A stretch of 64,000 nt of DNA from Vicugna vicugna (GCA_013265495.1 MU061578.1:629308-693307); one strand, 5' to 3'; shown: positions 40,515-54,742, numbered from the stretch's first letter. The notes: generated from the letters alone by a model not told the origin. Translations and numbers: made by a program.

Positions 40515-41985
40515 TTTTTGGAAGTATAAGTTATACACAGTGAGAGGCACAATTTGTGATCATACACATCAGCCACATTTGACAAATTCATATACCTGTG
40601 TAGCCCGTATGCTTGTAAAGATAGAAAATAGGCTCATCCTTCCAGAAAGGTCTCATATTGGCTTAAGTTTGCATTTCTCTCATGACGGATGACGTTCAAC
40701 TCTTTTTCTTGAGTCAATTGCACATTGATATACCTTCTTTTGTGGAGTGTTTATGTGATGAAATCGATTGCCCATTTAAAAATATTGGGTTGTAGGTCTT
40801 CTTTTTCTTTCTAGTATATTTAGCATGGGTGTCTTTTGTCAGGTCTATTTATTACGAATGTTTTCTCCCAGTCTAAATTTTGTGTATGTTATTTTTAGTG
40901 TTCTTGGATAAATGAACATTTAAATTTTTGATCAAGTCCTTGTATTTTTTCTTTTATACTTAGTAGCTCTGGGTTCTAAGAAATCATTGCTTACTGCATG
41001 GTCATGAAGATATTCCCCTTATGTTTTCTTCTAGAATATTGTTTCAGCTTTCAGGTTAGGTCTGTGATCTAGGTCAACCAATACGAGTAGGGGATTGAAG
41101 ACTTTTGTTTTGTTTAATATCAGTTGTTGTTGAACAGACTTTCCTGCTGAATTTCTTTGTCACCTACATCAAAAACCATTTGTTCATTTATGTATTCTTA
41201 GATTTTCTGTTCTAGTCTATTGATCTGTTTGTCTGTCCTCTTACTATCACTGTAGGGTAGGTCTTGAATCCAACTGCAGTATATCCTCTAACTTTATATT
41301 TTCTCTAGCTTGTTCTTATTCAAAATTAGGTAATCTTTACTTAGTCTTTTACATTTTGATATACACTTAGAATCGTCATGTCAATTTCTACAAACAAGTC
41401 TTTAGGGACATTGAAAAGTATTACACTGAATCTGTAGATAAATTTGGAAAGAATTGGCATCTTAGTATAATTGAGTTTTCCAATACATGAAGATTGCATA
41501 GTTTCCATATTTAAAGTCTTTTACAATCTTTCTCAGCAATATCTTACAGTTTGCAAAGCATGACTTTTGTTAAGTTTATAAGTGTTTTATATTTTGCATG
41601 ATTTTGTAAATGATATTTTTTCCAATTGTCCTTTGCTAGTTTTCAGAGATACAATTGACTTTTGTATATTAATTTTATCTTTTTATAACTTGCTAAATTG
41701 ACTTATTTATTCTAGAACTTATTTTTTCATAGATTCCTTTGGGTTTTTTTACATGCGAAATTCTATCATCTATGAATAGAGTTTTACTTCTTTCTTTCAA
41801 ATTTTATAACTTTTATTTTATTTTATTTTCTTGCCTTATTACACTTGTTAGGACCTTTAATGTAATACTGAACAGAAGTAATGAAAGCAGACATCCTCTT
41901 TTTTTTTGCTTAATCTTCTGAAGGAAGCATTGAATTTTCCCTGAATGTCAATGTTAGCTGTAGATTTTTCTTGTGAAATGTTTAT
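40515..41985 (-). mobile_element. Ancient L1M fragments (ORF2/3' region)
   Basis: T-rich antisense L1 motifs: tttgcatttctctcatgac, tgtcaatttctac, ctgaatctgtagataaatttgga, tttgtatattaatttt..tc. Confidence 0.8.
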
Positions 41986-41989
41986 TATG

Positions 41990-42520
41990 ATTCATCAAGT
42001 CACACAGGCTACCCAGATTGTCATTACAAATGTCAACATACTTCATTGAGAAATGCAGGCACCCCAGAAGGCAGCTGCACATCATCAGTCGACATTAGAC
42101 ATCCTCCTGGCCTCTCAGGGAGGCGCATGCAAAGTCACCAGGGGTGATTGCTTTGTGTACATTTCCAGAAAACTTTCTGATATCTTTTTGTTGAATCAAC
42201 CTATCTGTGAAGCCAGCCAGAACATTTGTCAAATGAACAATGTCATCTTGGCTTCTTGGACTCATGGATCAGCTTCAGGTGGCTGAGATGGGATATTATT
42301 TTCCCGAATAGTTCCAAGAGGGCTATAATTCTGGGTATGAGTTTTTTTTTTCCCCAAGGGCTAGTGATCTTTTTATTTTTCTTTTTTCTCCTGCTAGAAG
42401 TAGCACTCATCAGGGGCATCCTATCATGACTAATTAAGATCAGTGGTATCACCCTGTCCAAACAGATGATCCAAGCTATGATTAAGGAATCAAAGATCAA
42501 AGAATAAACAGCCCCTCGAA
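41990..42520 (+). pseudogene. Degraded ERV envelope (TM subunit) remnant
   Basis: Frame from 41990 reads IHQVTQATQIVITNVNILH*EMQAPQKAAAHHQSTLDILLASQGGACKVTRGDCFVYI, matching the immunosuppressive domain LQNRxxLDxLLAxxGGxC plus CX6C(C). A shifted frame then gives a W-rich and hydrophobic segment. Confidence 0.8.
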
Positions 42521-43869
42521 CCACCATCTCTGGGGGCCTTCTTGAGTCTGTTCCTGAACCGTATACATCCCAGTGATCTTGTTTTCTCTCCTAATCCATT
42601 TGGTCAACAATGGAAGTTTTCAACTTAACCAGGAGGAGGACTGTAAAACAAAACAAACATGACTGAGCATGTCCCGTACTCCTTGCCTTTGAACCTTGAA
42701 TCCTTTCTCCTCTCTCTTTTTTTTTTTTTTTTTTTTTTCCCCCCCCCACTTGACTGACACATCTCAAGGCTTGCAAGCTCTTTAAAGCACGATTGGGACA
42801 GTTATTGGGGTGGGATTACTCACGATCCTGAGCAAGAGGCGTCATAAAGTAGGACAATCTCCATCCTTTCCCACCACAGGTTTTACAGAAGTTAAAAATG
42901 AAAACGGTTAACATGTCCAACCTCTGCCTGAAGCCGTGTACCCCTCCCTCATCCTCATCCTAGAGATTTCCAACCTTGATTTGACTAAGAAGAGTTACTA
43001 GGTGCAGAGGGTTCCTGAAGCATATCAGCTGAATCAAGTCTGTCACTCTATTCGAGTCGCTTAAAATATTTTCTTTTCAATAGTTCAAAGTTGAGAATTT
43101 AACCATGTGGAAGCATTTACCGTGTAGGTAAAAGAAATGGGCACTTGAGTGAAAGTAAGACTTGGAATATTTGGTGAACTAAATTATTTGGGACAGCTGA
43201 ATCCCAGGACTCATGAGAGGGGAGGAAGGGGTTCAATAGGATCAGATCAGTAAGAGGTGTGAGTTCTATATTGGACTTTGGATTGTCAGTGTTTCATTAA
43301 AAAGTACTGAATGAATGCATATTTATAAGACAAGGACTGGAGAGTGTCATCTGGTATAATTTACCACAATGTTCATTTGGAAGAAAACTTAGCCACAGAG
43401 AGCTTTGCTTATTTAATTCATTCACTTGCATATTTCTTTATTCTGATTCGTAGTAGGTAAATTAGATTTGAGAAAATGGTTTTGGGGCAAGAAATTAGAA
43501 GCTGAACACAATATACAGTTTGAGTTTGATTTATAGAATAGGGCAATTATTTGACTGTAGGAGTTCTGGAAATTATTAGGTTGAATTTTAGTTCAATCAT
43601 ATCTACATTGTGTGAGAAATCTCTCAGTCTCACGCTCTGTACACACACACACACACGCGCACACACACACACACACATTCTGGTTTATATTTATCCATCA
43701 GCAAACTAATGATATCTTTGGGCAAATCCAGAGTAGTTTGGAAAATTTGTGCTTCTCTTTCTTAGCTTTGACTTGGGTCACTATCAGAGTCTCATCAAAA
43801 TGGGTTCTGAGAAGTAGATTCTTTTATCATGTGAGTTATCCTGAGATTTTTTTCTCTCTCCTGATAATG

Positions 43870-44090
43870 ATAACGGCTAAAGCATACAGTTGGTGGCAAA
43901 CACAACATAGATTTGCCTAGGCAGGGTCTCATTTACTTCCCTTAACAACCATATGAGGTAGGTTTCATTACTCTGCCCATTTTTCAGGTAAGGAAACTGA
44001 GTCTCAGAGAGGCAAGTGTGATGAGATTACATAAAAGATTTTTAACCTCATTAGTGAGCTGAGAATTAAACGGTCAGTTCCATTCTATTG
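43870..44090. mobile_element. MIR SINE
   Basis: aacaaccatatgaggtaggt...cccatttttcaggtaaggaaactgagtctcagagagg. Confidence 0.8.
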
Positions 44091-45090
44091 ACGTGTCAGC
44101 CAAGAGGTTCAGAAAAATGTATGACCCTGGGATTTAGGAAGGAGAGTGTCTCAATGTAAGACCTGAAAGTGGTACATGGGACACACAGCTCTTCAACTGA
44201 CACGTGTGTTTCTCTGTCCACATACCCACAGACCCACCCACAGCACATCTCAAAAACGCTCATCCTCAAGCAGAGACATGGATATTTGATTGCCCCCAGG
44301 CTTCCAATGAAGTCTTTTTTCTTTTTGAAGCAACCATATGTACATTTTTTTTTCTTTTTCCCTGTTACACTGGGAAATTTGTCAGTAGAAAAACATTGTC
44401 CCAGTGGAGAGCCATGCCAGGAAGCCCTAAAAATGAACATATCTGATGAGTTCAATCACTCAGAACTCTTGAACTTGCCCTTTCCCCTCTGAAGGCAGGA
44501 ATGTCATGACCATCTCCTTCCTGTAGGAGTCCAGCCCCCCAAAACCACCAGATGTATCAGGCTGTAGAAAGTACCTGGAACAAAAGTAATCATAAAGGGA
44601 ATAACAACAGTAGGCTTTGTTGTAGCCCAGGTGCATGTGAAGCATTAGGACTTTACTTTTTGCATCACTTACTTCTTGCCGTAGCCTAGAGGGGTAGGTA
44701 GTTTTACCCCATTTTATCATATGAAGAAAAACTCTGGTTCCTGAATGGCATGTGGCATCCCCTGGGTCACCCAGGGATATGGTGGGAGACCCAGGGTTTA
44801 ATTGCAGATCAGCAAGTGCCAGGAACCCTGATAAGATTACAAATCCAATTACCATCCGTCAGGTATTATGAAAACAATCAGTACTGGTAAAAAAAAAAAA
44901 AATAAGTAAAAGGTTCACATTAGGGCATTTGCACAGCATTTAAATACTCCCTTAAGGAGTCTTCCTTTTCACCTGCCTGTGGTCATTCTGGCTTATACAC
45001 GGTGAAGGGACAGCGGAGGCTGGTGGTTTGCCAGGGTGGGGTCACCACTTCTGTAAACAAACACAGTGACTCTAAGTGTCGCCTTCCCTG

Positions 45091-45567
45091 TGTTGGGAAG
45101 GGAACGTTTTCTTTCTACCCTTCTAGGCTCTGGGGCTGGTCTAACAATAAAAATGACATAGGGCAGATTAACAAGAGAAGAACAAATTTAATCCCAGATG
45201 TACGGAAGCCCACAAAGACATGAGGCTTCTAGGCAGTCAGGCGATGGAGGCTCATATGCCATTCTGAGCTCAGGAACGAGATAGGGGCCTGGGGCCGCAG
45301 CGGGGAGGAGGGCGGTTCGCAGGACAACAAGAAGGGTAGATGTCTTGTCATCAGATGTCTGCCCTGCCGTGCAGACAAATCTTTCAGATTTAAAAAAAAA
45401 AAAAAAAAAGTTCCCTTTCTGGGCCAGGCCTCCATCTGAATTCTTTTAGGCAGTTAAGGGAGAGGCAAAATTTTTCCTGAGTCTGTTGAGTTTTGACTGT
45501 CTCCAGCTCAAAATAATCCAGGCGCCAAAGTGGCACATTTTGGGGTGACCTGTTCTGTCCCCCTTCA
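45091..45567 (-). mobile_element. ERV1 solo LTR (MER34-like)
   Basis: tgttgggaagggaa...cagattaacaagagaa...ggcacattttggggtg...ccccttca; flanks cctg/ccta. Confidence 0.8.
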
Positions 45568-46979
45568 CCTACAGTGGAAGCAAGAAGCAGTCTTGAAGGA
45601 GAAGGTTGCACTTGAGTATAAGGAAGACTTGGTTTGTGTGATGTGGCGTCTTGGTCCAGGCTCTCCTGCCGGCTCTCCCTGTGGCACCTGGGTCTGCTTC
45701 CGTCACAGTGTATGGAGATGCCCAGTGGAGCCTCACTGAGGACAGTTTTTCAGTGGGCTGTGATGCCACTTGGGCAGGACTTCCTGGGACGTACTTCCTA
45801 TATGGAAGGGCACCCTGGCAGCCTATTTTGAAAACGGGGCTGATGAGCATGTGTCCCCAGATTTAAAGTGCCCCCTGGTCTCACTTCTACAGGAGCAAGG
45901 CATCTCAGGGAGAACACGTGTGAGGCAGGTCTGCAGCCCGCATCCTTCAGTGGCTGCATCATTTTTATCTTAAGTCATTTGATTTTCACCACAGCTTGAC
46001 AGGTTCCATTATTCCCTCCCACTTTTTCACATTGTGGGACTTTGTTCTGTGAACAGTAGCTGACTTCCTCATGGTCCCCCAGGGAGGTGGTGGGAGAGCC
46101 AGGATTTAATGGCTGATGTCTGACTCCAAAATATCTACCTTGAACCCAAATGGATGCTTGTTGGATCTCAGTTGAACTTGGCACTGTGTTGTCCTAGCAG
46201 ATCTGAATACAAATCTGTGCCAGGAGAATATGTTATTATTTATGCATAAATTTGAATTTCAACTACAGCGAACAGTTTTATTCTAAGATGCCATGCTTAA
46301 CCACTTTGTGAAATTTCTAGAGGGCAGTATATTTGTGCGTGAGTGAAGGAGGCAAATTGGATTCTAGAGAGAGCCCACCCATGGGATATTCTGGAAGCAT
46401 GCATCATTCTTGTAAAGACTTCTGTGCCTTGGATTAGGTCCAGACTAAGGACATGTGTTCCATGCCACACTGTAGAAATTCGAAAAGATGAAATAAATCA
46501 AAGATGTAGACCAAAGATGGGAACCTTCACAGCCAACCTGCTATGTTAGCCTATCAGTGTTAATGGGTGTTCATCAACAGATGTGGTTTTGCATGATGGC
46601 TCGATCCTTTTAACTTTCAGGAACTGGAGTGACAGGATAAAAGGCATCTCTAGCAGAGATGTGGGGAAATATATCTAAGTTATGGTGGATGGGGATGAGG
46701 GGGATGGAGAGAGAAAGAGGGGTGGGCGAGAGAGAGAGAGAGAGAGAAGTATATTAAATCAACCAATGGTTTGTATGATTTATTGCATGCTTCTTTGTAA
46801 GAACACTCAGGTTTTCATTTTCTCCCTAATTTTCACAACAACTCCATGAAATAGTTAATATCCTCATTTTCTGGTAAGGAAACTGAGATTCAGAGATAAA
46901 GTTACATATGGATGGTTCCTGAACTTATTTCAGAGACCAGTCCCAAGGGACTCCACATCCCATGAGTATGTGTGTTTAC

Positions 46980-47200
46980 AGGTTTATTAATGTATAATTG
47001 ACATAAAATGCACTATACACAAAGTGTACGATTTGATGAGTTCAGACATATGTATACACCACTGAAACCATCACCCAGATCAAGGTAGAGAACTTATAAC
47101 ACCCCGAGGGTTTCCTGGTCCTTCTGTAGTCCCTCCCTATTTCAGCGCCTCCCCTCCCCTGGCCCTAGGTCATCACTGATGTGCTCTCTGTCCTTATGGT
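46980..47200 (-). mobile_element. L1MB-like 3' fragment
   Basis: ggtttatt..tgtataattgacata...aagtgtac.atttgatgagtt..gacatatgtatacacc...aaaccatcaccca.atcaag. Confidence 0.75.
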
Positions 47201-48339
47201 CAATCCCATCTCCTAGTGGGTCTTCCTGCATCCAGCTGTGTTTTATTTTTCCCATTTATTTTGTGTGGAAGACAAGTCAACAATATCCAAGAATTCAGCT
47301 GAATACACTCCCGGCCCTCTGAGCAGCCCCTGGGTACGAGGCTGCCCTTGAGTGGCATCTGGACACCACTTCCACTCCAAACTTCCCTGCATGGCGCTTT
47401 CGCCTGTTGGTGGTTTCTAAATCCCCAGGAGTAAACAGAGCAGGCTCACAGGGCAGGGAGGAGAGTGATGTGAAGTCTTTGAGAGCAGCCCTTCCCGAGG
47501 TAGAGAGCACAGCTGTTTGGAGGATGTGTTCCTGGAACTCACATGATGTACAGTGCACAGTTCCACATGAATAATTTACCTCTATGCTCGCAAAAGGATT
47601 TAAAAAAAGAGGAAGAACATGCATATGGCATGTCCCTTTTTCCCCGTCGTACCATCTTCCTTTATTTCAAAGTATGATTTCTCCAGAAGTGAAGCGGTCT
47701 TGGATGTAGTGAATTTAAACAGTTTGGCATGGGATTAGGCCCTGATTTAAAGTTTTATTTTTAATATTAAAAAGATGAGTGTTACTTTTATATCCCAGTG
47801 AAGCAATGAGTAAACAAATAAAAAATTCATTAGAGACAGGCTGCTATCTCTGAGATGAAAGTTTGATGTTAGAACTCGGCTTTCAAAAGCCTAAAACCCA
47901 GTCAGTGGGTCATTAGCTCAGCAGGCAGCCAAACTAGAAAAGAGCAATTTCGGGATGGGCAATGTCTGTGGTCTTCATTTCTTCAAGGTTTCAAAAATTA
48001 GCTTAGCACTTTCCCAGATGGGGAGATACTTACTCTTAACGGCTCCGGTCATGGTTATGTTGAGAAAATTAAATTTCAACTATGCTTTGGAGTCTTACAT
48101 GTGGTGTTTCTTCTCCAATTTTACTAGCACCGGCGTGGAAGAGAAAAGTTTGGAGAGGAAATGAAGTATTCTAGTATTACTCAGTTCATTTCTGGGATGA
48201 AGTTTTCATTTTAATGATGCCATCCAGCCCCAAGGCTGAAATTCTAGGTCATGGACTACGGCATGCGTACACTTACGATTTTCATCTGCACAGGGACATT
48301 TTCCTTTTATTTTTTATTTTTTTGGCAATGCCGCACTTC

Positions 48340-48710
48340 TGTCCCCTGATGGGGCATGCCTTGTCTTATATGACAAGAATGGAAATCTCTATGAGGATGC
48401 TAATCCAAACCTGGCCAATCAGACCACCCCCTCCCTTCCAGCTACCATGATTGGTCCAAGGGGGACCAATCAGAATGCTTCCCTGGCTTTTGCTACATCT
48501 TGACCACATGGTTCCTGTGAGAAAGAAGCCATTACTTTAGCTGGTTTTTCTAAACTGAAGCAAAAGAGGCTCAAAGCTGCCAGATGACAAGTACCCCACC
48601 AAATGGAGGGAGCCAGTTTGAAGAACAAAGAGATATATGAGGGCTAAACATAATGTGAAACAGAGCCACAGGATGGAGAAAGAGAGAGCTCTGACAGTAA
48701 GGGAGCAGGG
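48340..48710 (+). mobile_element. Old MaLR LTR fragment (MLT1-like)
   Basis: ggccaatcaga...tgattggtccaagg..accaatcagaatgcttccctgg motifs. Confidence 0.55.
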
Positions 48711-51379
48711 CTTAAGGACACCTGGAGAGCTGTTGTCCCGGCTTAAGGCGTCTTCAGCTGACTGTTTCCAGGAGGGAATGTGGGCTCTGTGCTGCTGCTG
48801 CTTCCAGCTTCCCAAGGGGAGAATCTTGTGGAATCTTCCAATTCTCAAACTTTGAATGTTAACTCATGCCTTATAAAAACCTGCACAGACTCAGCAGTGG
48901 AGTCTCAGAGAACAGATTTAGTCCCTGAAGCCTCCAGGGGGTGACTTCCAGCCTGCACCTGGGACTCGGTCACAGCATCCAGGAATGTGCTGCGGGACAG
49001 ACAGAGAATATTTGCTTCCTCCATGGACCTACGTCAAGGAATCTGGAGGTTGGGGCTGGGGTACAAGAAAAATGGTTGTAGCCTCTTGGAAGGTCTAAGG
49101 GATGAACTGTGACCTCTTATCCAAGGGTAAGAGTGCTGCTGCCAGCTGCCCCGACTGATTACCTCTCCCCCTTTCCAATCCCAACACAGGTTCTTACGCA
49201 CTTAGGTGGAGACAGTGTTCTGTTAGGAGAGAAACCAAGTTGGTGGCAGGGGACTCAGAGAATTACTGGCATTTTGAACTTATCAAATATTCATGTAAGT
49301 CCTCTGAGCCAAGGTTGGTTTGGAATTTCGCCCATCTTCTGCAGTACAAGAGATGCCCATGGTCCACCTTAATTTATCTAGCCCTGTGCCTATGGGGCAA
49401 AGGATGGCTCTTGTTACCTATAATAGCTTGTGTGTGGTTTGTTTGTTTGTTTGTTTGTTTGTTTGACATTGAGTATTTTTCTTTATTTTGAAGCCTCCAA
49501 ACCAGGAAGTAACAGAAGTTTCTTAATGATACGATGTATTGAGGTTAACAAAGGGGCAAGGAGAGAAGAGGAGTGAATATTTATTACAGATCTTCTATGT
49601 TTAGAGTGGTTTATGTGCATTTTCTTACAACTACCCTGCAAGGTAATTCTATTTTTCTCTATTTTACTAGCAAGAAAATGGGAGCTGGCTTCATGTGGTT
49701 GAATGCCTTGGCCCAGAACCAAGGGTTGGCACTGAGAGTCACAGGTGGGGCAGAGTGTCTCCATGCTGTGTTGCCTATGTATCTGGGGGGATACACATTT
49801 GTGGATTTGCAAATCCAAAGCAGAGACTCAGGGGCTGTTTCCTGGTTGGAGTCCACACAGACTCCAAAGTGCCATGAAAGTTTCCAGGAACAGTTTCAAT
49901 AGGTTAGCATCCTTCCTGGTTTTCCAAATTCGGCCTCACTTGGAACTCCCTCCTATCATTAAAAAAATCAAATGTCTCATTTTTTAACATGAAGTTTGAT
50001 TTTTGTCACCAAGTGGGAGATGAGTGACTCTTCCAGAACCAAACCTCTCTGTGCTACACAATCTCAGAGCCCTATGAGACATTTCACTCACATGAAAACC
50101 GAGCCTCAGAGAGGCTGATTAAGTTGCCTAAGGTTGCACAGCTGGGAAAAAGATAGATGATAGCAGAGGCAGGGTTGAAACTCAGGTTCATCTGGAGAAA
50201 AATTTTAAAAGAGGCAAAAGACCTTTAATTACTGAATTCTGCTGTCCATGTTTCCATTCTGGCTACTGCGTGTCTAAGTCTTCATTGGCAACTGGAAATC
50301 ACAGTTGTCTATTATCTATATCAGCTTGCATGATTCATCCTTTTTGTTTTGTTGTTTTTAATTGATGGAAAAATTGATAACAGAAAGGAGGACTTTATGT
50401 TTTTCTTCTACCATGCAGAAACAATTTAAACAATTTTGAATGTCCATTTCAGAATGTTGCAACTGATCATGAAAGTTTAGTGGTTTTTTTAAAAATTATT
50501 TTTGCCTCGCTTTCTCACAAAGCAAAAGTATGTACTCTCTCTCTGTCTCTGTCTCCCTCTGTCTCTTTCTCTCCACCCTACCTTGGTCTTTAGAGGGAGA
50601 GGGGAAGAACAGGGCTTGGGGAAAAAGAAGAGAAAAGAAAAGAGTCCAAAGAACAATGCATCATTTAGTCACGCAGTTTAGGAAAATATAAAAAGGAAAA
50701 AGCAGCAGCAAGCCAGTCCCGCTGACAGCCCTGTCCAGCTGAGCCGCAGTTCCGCGGGTGCTGAAATCCTGCTTACAGTAATGAATTTCACTGCTGCTCG
50801 CCGGCCCAGGAGTGTTTGGGGAAGATAAAAGTCGAGCTCTATGCCGTGCTTCTGACCTGTTTTTCAGTTCCAGACAACTTCCTGGTGTGGCTGCAGAACG
50901 TTTGCCTTTCTAGATGTAAGCGTGAGGGTTTATTGTGCTGGCTTACAAATTGCTATCTGCTATTTTTTTTTTTTTTTTTGCCCCCTTTAACTCTCCTTGT
51001 AAAGTTTGCTGGAATCTGCATGCTGAAAAACTGTCAATTAGCCTGCCTCCCAACCATCACCTGCCTCCAGCACCACCATTACCCCACTTCTTGGATCTCT
51101 GCTGTTCTCTTTCCTACCGGCAGCCCTGGTGTTTCTCCCTTTTTAAGAGTCTAGGGAATTCTCTTGCTCTCACTGGCTTTTTGACTCATACAGGCAACGT
51201 GCCATCTGCCTGCTTCAGTCAGAGAGCTGGGATGTTTCAAAGTCACAGGCACGTGCTCGGGTTCCTGAGGATAATCACATGAGAGTGGTCTGCGCTCTCA
51301 GAGGCGAACTCTTTGGACCCTCCTGATTTCCCACCTTCCGAGCAAGTGCTGGGTAGGCAGCGGAGGAGGCCAGAGTGCA

Positions 51380-52160
51380 GGGTGCAGTAAAGGAACGGAC
51401 ACCGGGTTTGCTCTTAGCTCCAAGGCACCTAAGTTTTGTGACGCGGACACATTACTTACCTGGGCTGCCGCGAGGATTCAGAGTATGCATATAGTATTGT
51501 TCAGCTTGGAGCAGCAGGAGCTTTGGAGTCGGACAGCCAATGCCCCAGCTTGGCTGCATCACTCAGCGCTGAATACCATGGGCATCGCCCGGCTTGCTTG
51601 AGCTTCTGCTCGCCTGTGAGTGGAGTGGTAGTGATTGTACCTACCTTGCCAGTTTGTGAGGATTAAATGAGATAGTAATAATAATAGTAATAGTATTAAG
51701 TTCCACTTGCTGACCACTTACTCTGTCAGTATCTATGTGCTCTACGAGAATTAGCATCTGTATTTATGGTCCACCAGTGGATATATCGTAGTTATGCAAA
51801 TACATAAGAATGAACATATTGTATATTAAAAAGCTTTTGGTCTCCATGTGTGATGACAAAGAGGTTTATTTTAGATGTATACAGCTGCATAGGTCCGTAT
51901 GTACAATCATGTTGCACAGTATGCATCATGCAGATAAGGAATATATATTATTTGAGTCTATGAAATATACAGATTATACAGATATAGAAATGATTTATTA
52001 ATAAAAAGGAAAAAATGCCACATGGCAAGCTGAGTGCTTCGCACATCTGGATGCATCTCCTTCTCACAAGAACCCTTTGAGGAGGGTGATGTTTATTATC
52101 TGCATTTTGTGGGTGAGGTAACTGAAGCACAGAGAGGTTAAGAGACTTTTTGAGTGCCAT
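51380..52160. mobile_element. Cluster of MIR fragments
   Basis: gctttggagtcggacag, tgtgaggattaaatgagata, gaggtaactgaagcacagagaggttaag. Confidence 0.65.
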
Positions 52161-53162
52161 ATATATCTATATGTGTCTCCTCATACTTAGACAGTTATGT
52201 GTTTATAGTACATAGCATAAATACAGATGTTTTACAGAGTGCCTGACGGGGTATTTCAACAGTGGTAGCCAGTCTCATTGTTATTATTTGTTTTAGTCTC
52301 CATGCAGGCTTCAGCGTTTGTTCCCTTTAGGAAACAGCGCCATTAGTTTGAAAAGAATCCTTGGTGCTTTCATCACAATATCACCTTGCTGCCCAGAAAA
52401 GAATTTCTCCTTGAGAGAGTTGGTGAATTCCCTTTTCCAGGCCAGATATCCGTGAGGAAGGTAGCCCGCATGTTCCAGGCCACAGAGTCAGAGACACACC
52501 TCTGGTCCCCCAACCCCAACCTTCCAGGAGGGCAATTAGCACACAGCATATGCGGTAAGATGAGGGTCTCCTAGGAAGCGCTTCCAAAGTGCCCAGGGGC
52601 CATCTGCTCCTGGTCAACCCCAAATCTATATCCGTTAGGACTGCAGAAAGAACAATGAGAAACCCTGGCCTTTGGTCCACTTTCAGGCATTGGGTTGAAT
52701 CCTGAGCAATTAATTGTGCAATGCAAATTTCATATCCTTCAGAAAAGTCCTCACCTTGTGAATTTACATACAAGTCTCCCAAACACAGACTATATATAAT
52801 GCCTACTGTATAATTTATAGTACGTAACATGTGTGTATGCACACACATGTATTCTCCAGCAGTCAATAAAAAACAAAAAGAACCACAAAGAAAAAAAGCC
52901 TTTTTCATTTTCCAACAAAAATGACTGTTTTATCTCTTCCCTCACGAGACTATTCTTTTCAGTCCTAATTCTTGACTTTAATGGTGGGAAAATAATCCCA
53001 GGTTGTCAAGAGAAAGGTTGGGCACACGCATGGATCTGTGCACACGCAGGTCCGTGCCTGTGTATCTGTGCACACGTGCCCTGATAAGGGTCAGATCTGC
53101 AGGGAGGAGCCACCACGAACACAGCCTGGAAGTTCACTGAGAGGCGGGACGTCCCATACAAA

Positions 53163-53275
53163 CAATGGTTCTCAACGCTAGGAGTCCTGAAAACTAATGG
53201 GGCCTGGGAATCTGCTTTTTCAATAAGCTCCTCTGTGTTTCTGAGAGAGGACGTCTCTGGATCGGACACTGGAGA
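53163..53275. mobile_element. MER5A-like fragment
   Basis: caatggttctcaac...tggggcctgggaatctgctttttcaataagctcc. Confidence 0.65.
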
Positions 53276-54742
53276 GGGGACACTGTACCAGCGGGAAAGG
53301 GCTTTTGCTTGTGTGTGCATGAGTGCATGAGCACGTGCGTGAGTGTGTGGGGCTCTTTTGGCAGGAAAAAAGGCCACTTCCCAGGAAGGAGCAACAGCCT
53401 TCGGGGACCAGCCTAGATAATCGAGGTTGTCAGGGTACTGAGTGGGAAAACGGGACCGAGATAGTGGTCTAAACTAATCGAATTGAATTTGGAGTGCATT
53501 CTTTTCTTTATTTTTTTTTTAAACATGGAGAAGATCTTACTTTTTAATTAAAATTGTCTTAAGAAAAAAAAAATTACAGATGAGATGAGGCTGACTACCT
53601 CCCAGGCACTGTCCACAAAAAAATAAAACCCAGCCTATATTTATACACAAAGCAGGTGCATCACATCTGGGCTTCCCTCCGGCTTGTTACCTCACCTCTG
53701 CCCACCCTCCAGGTGGAAGCGGGGGGTGGGGTGGGGGTCAACCATTTGCATGAATTGTTTTGAGTCTTTTAAGAAACCCTTTCACTGCTGCTATGCATTT
53801 TGCTTTTCTTTACACATCATGTGAAATGTATGTGCTTACCTACATTTCAGAGAAGAACCTGGCTTTGGAGATTCTGATGTAAATGACTCCTTTTATTATC
53901 TCTGCTTATCCCCGCCCAATTTGGACAGGGCAGAGACATCCATAAACCAGCCTTTTAGGAGCTAGAGACCTCCCTCCTCACCATGTGCCAGGATAAAACT
54001 GGGGGCTTCTTTTATTAAATTAATATAGACTCGTATTTTGTAAGGGAAGTACCGGAAGCCCACGTTCACCATTGCCAGCACCACAACCATCACCAAGAAT
54101 GAAAGAGAATCTTTGGAAGAAGATACAAGCTTCCTGGCCAGCAGTTGCTAGACATGACTTCAGGCAGATGGTGTGACCTATCAAACCTTATTGTCTTCAC
54201 TTGTCAGATTAGGGCAATACTGTCCTCAAGGATCCGTGGACATAGAGTATCAGAAGTTGACTGTAACTTGCACAGTCCCATAGCTGAGGAGTTTCCAGAG
54301 AAGGGACCACTGAATATACCTGAGGTGGTATAATTCATACTACGTAGCAGCTGCGCTGTAGAAGGAAAATTGGAGAACAGAAGTCAGCTTTGGGCACTCA
54401 AAGTCTTCTTGTTTCAAATGCTGAGAGTTCTCACTGGGCCAGGACAGCAGGGGTGCTCGTTCTGGAATGTCAGACTCGCCACTCGCTGGACGCGTGCTCT
54501 TAGATAAACGAACCTCTCTGTGTCCCCGTCTCCTCACCTGGAAATAATGAGCTTCCAGTTTGTGAAGCGCTGCTCTCAGCCTGTGCCAGAGCTTGTTTTA
54601 TTGATTCCACATGATATTAAGGGGTAGGCGGTATTACCGTCCTGAATTACGGATGAGGACCCAGGCTCAGAGGCACACAGGCAGCCAGCAAGGGGCCAAA
54701 ACAGGAAGCGAACTCAGAACCTCTGCTTCCAGACTCTACATG

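Noticed and set aside
52708..52735. Sox-Oct composite motif (attgtgcaatgcaaat)
   Set aside because: A perfect octamer is present but the spacing is not canonical; single motifs are expected by chance in 64 kb.
52381..52908. 175-aa minus-strand ORF downstream of RBFOX1
   Set aside because: No recognisable protein family and non-coding-like composition.
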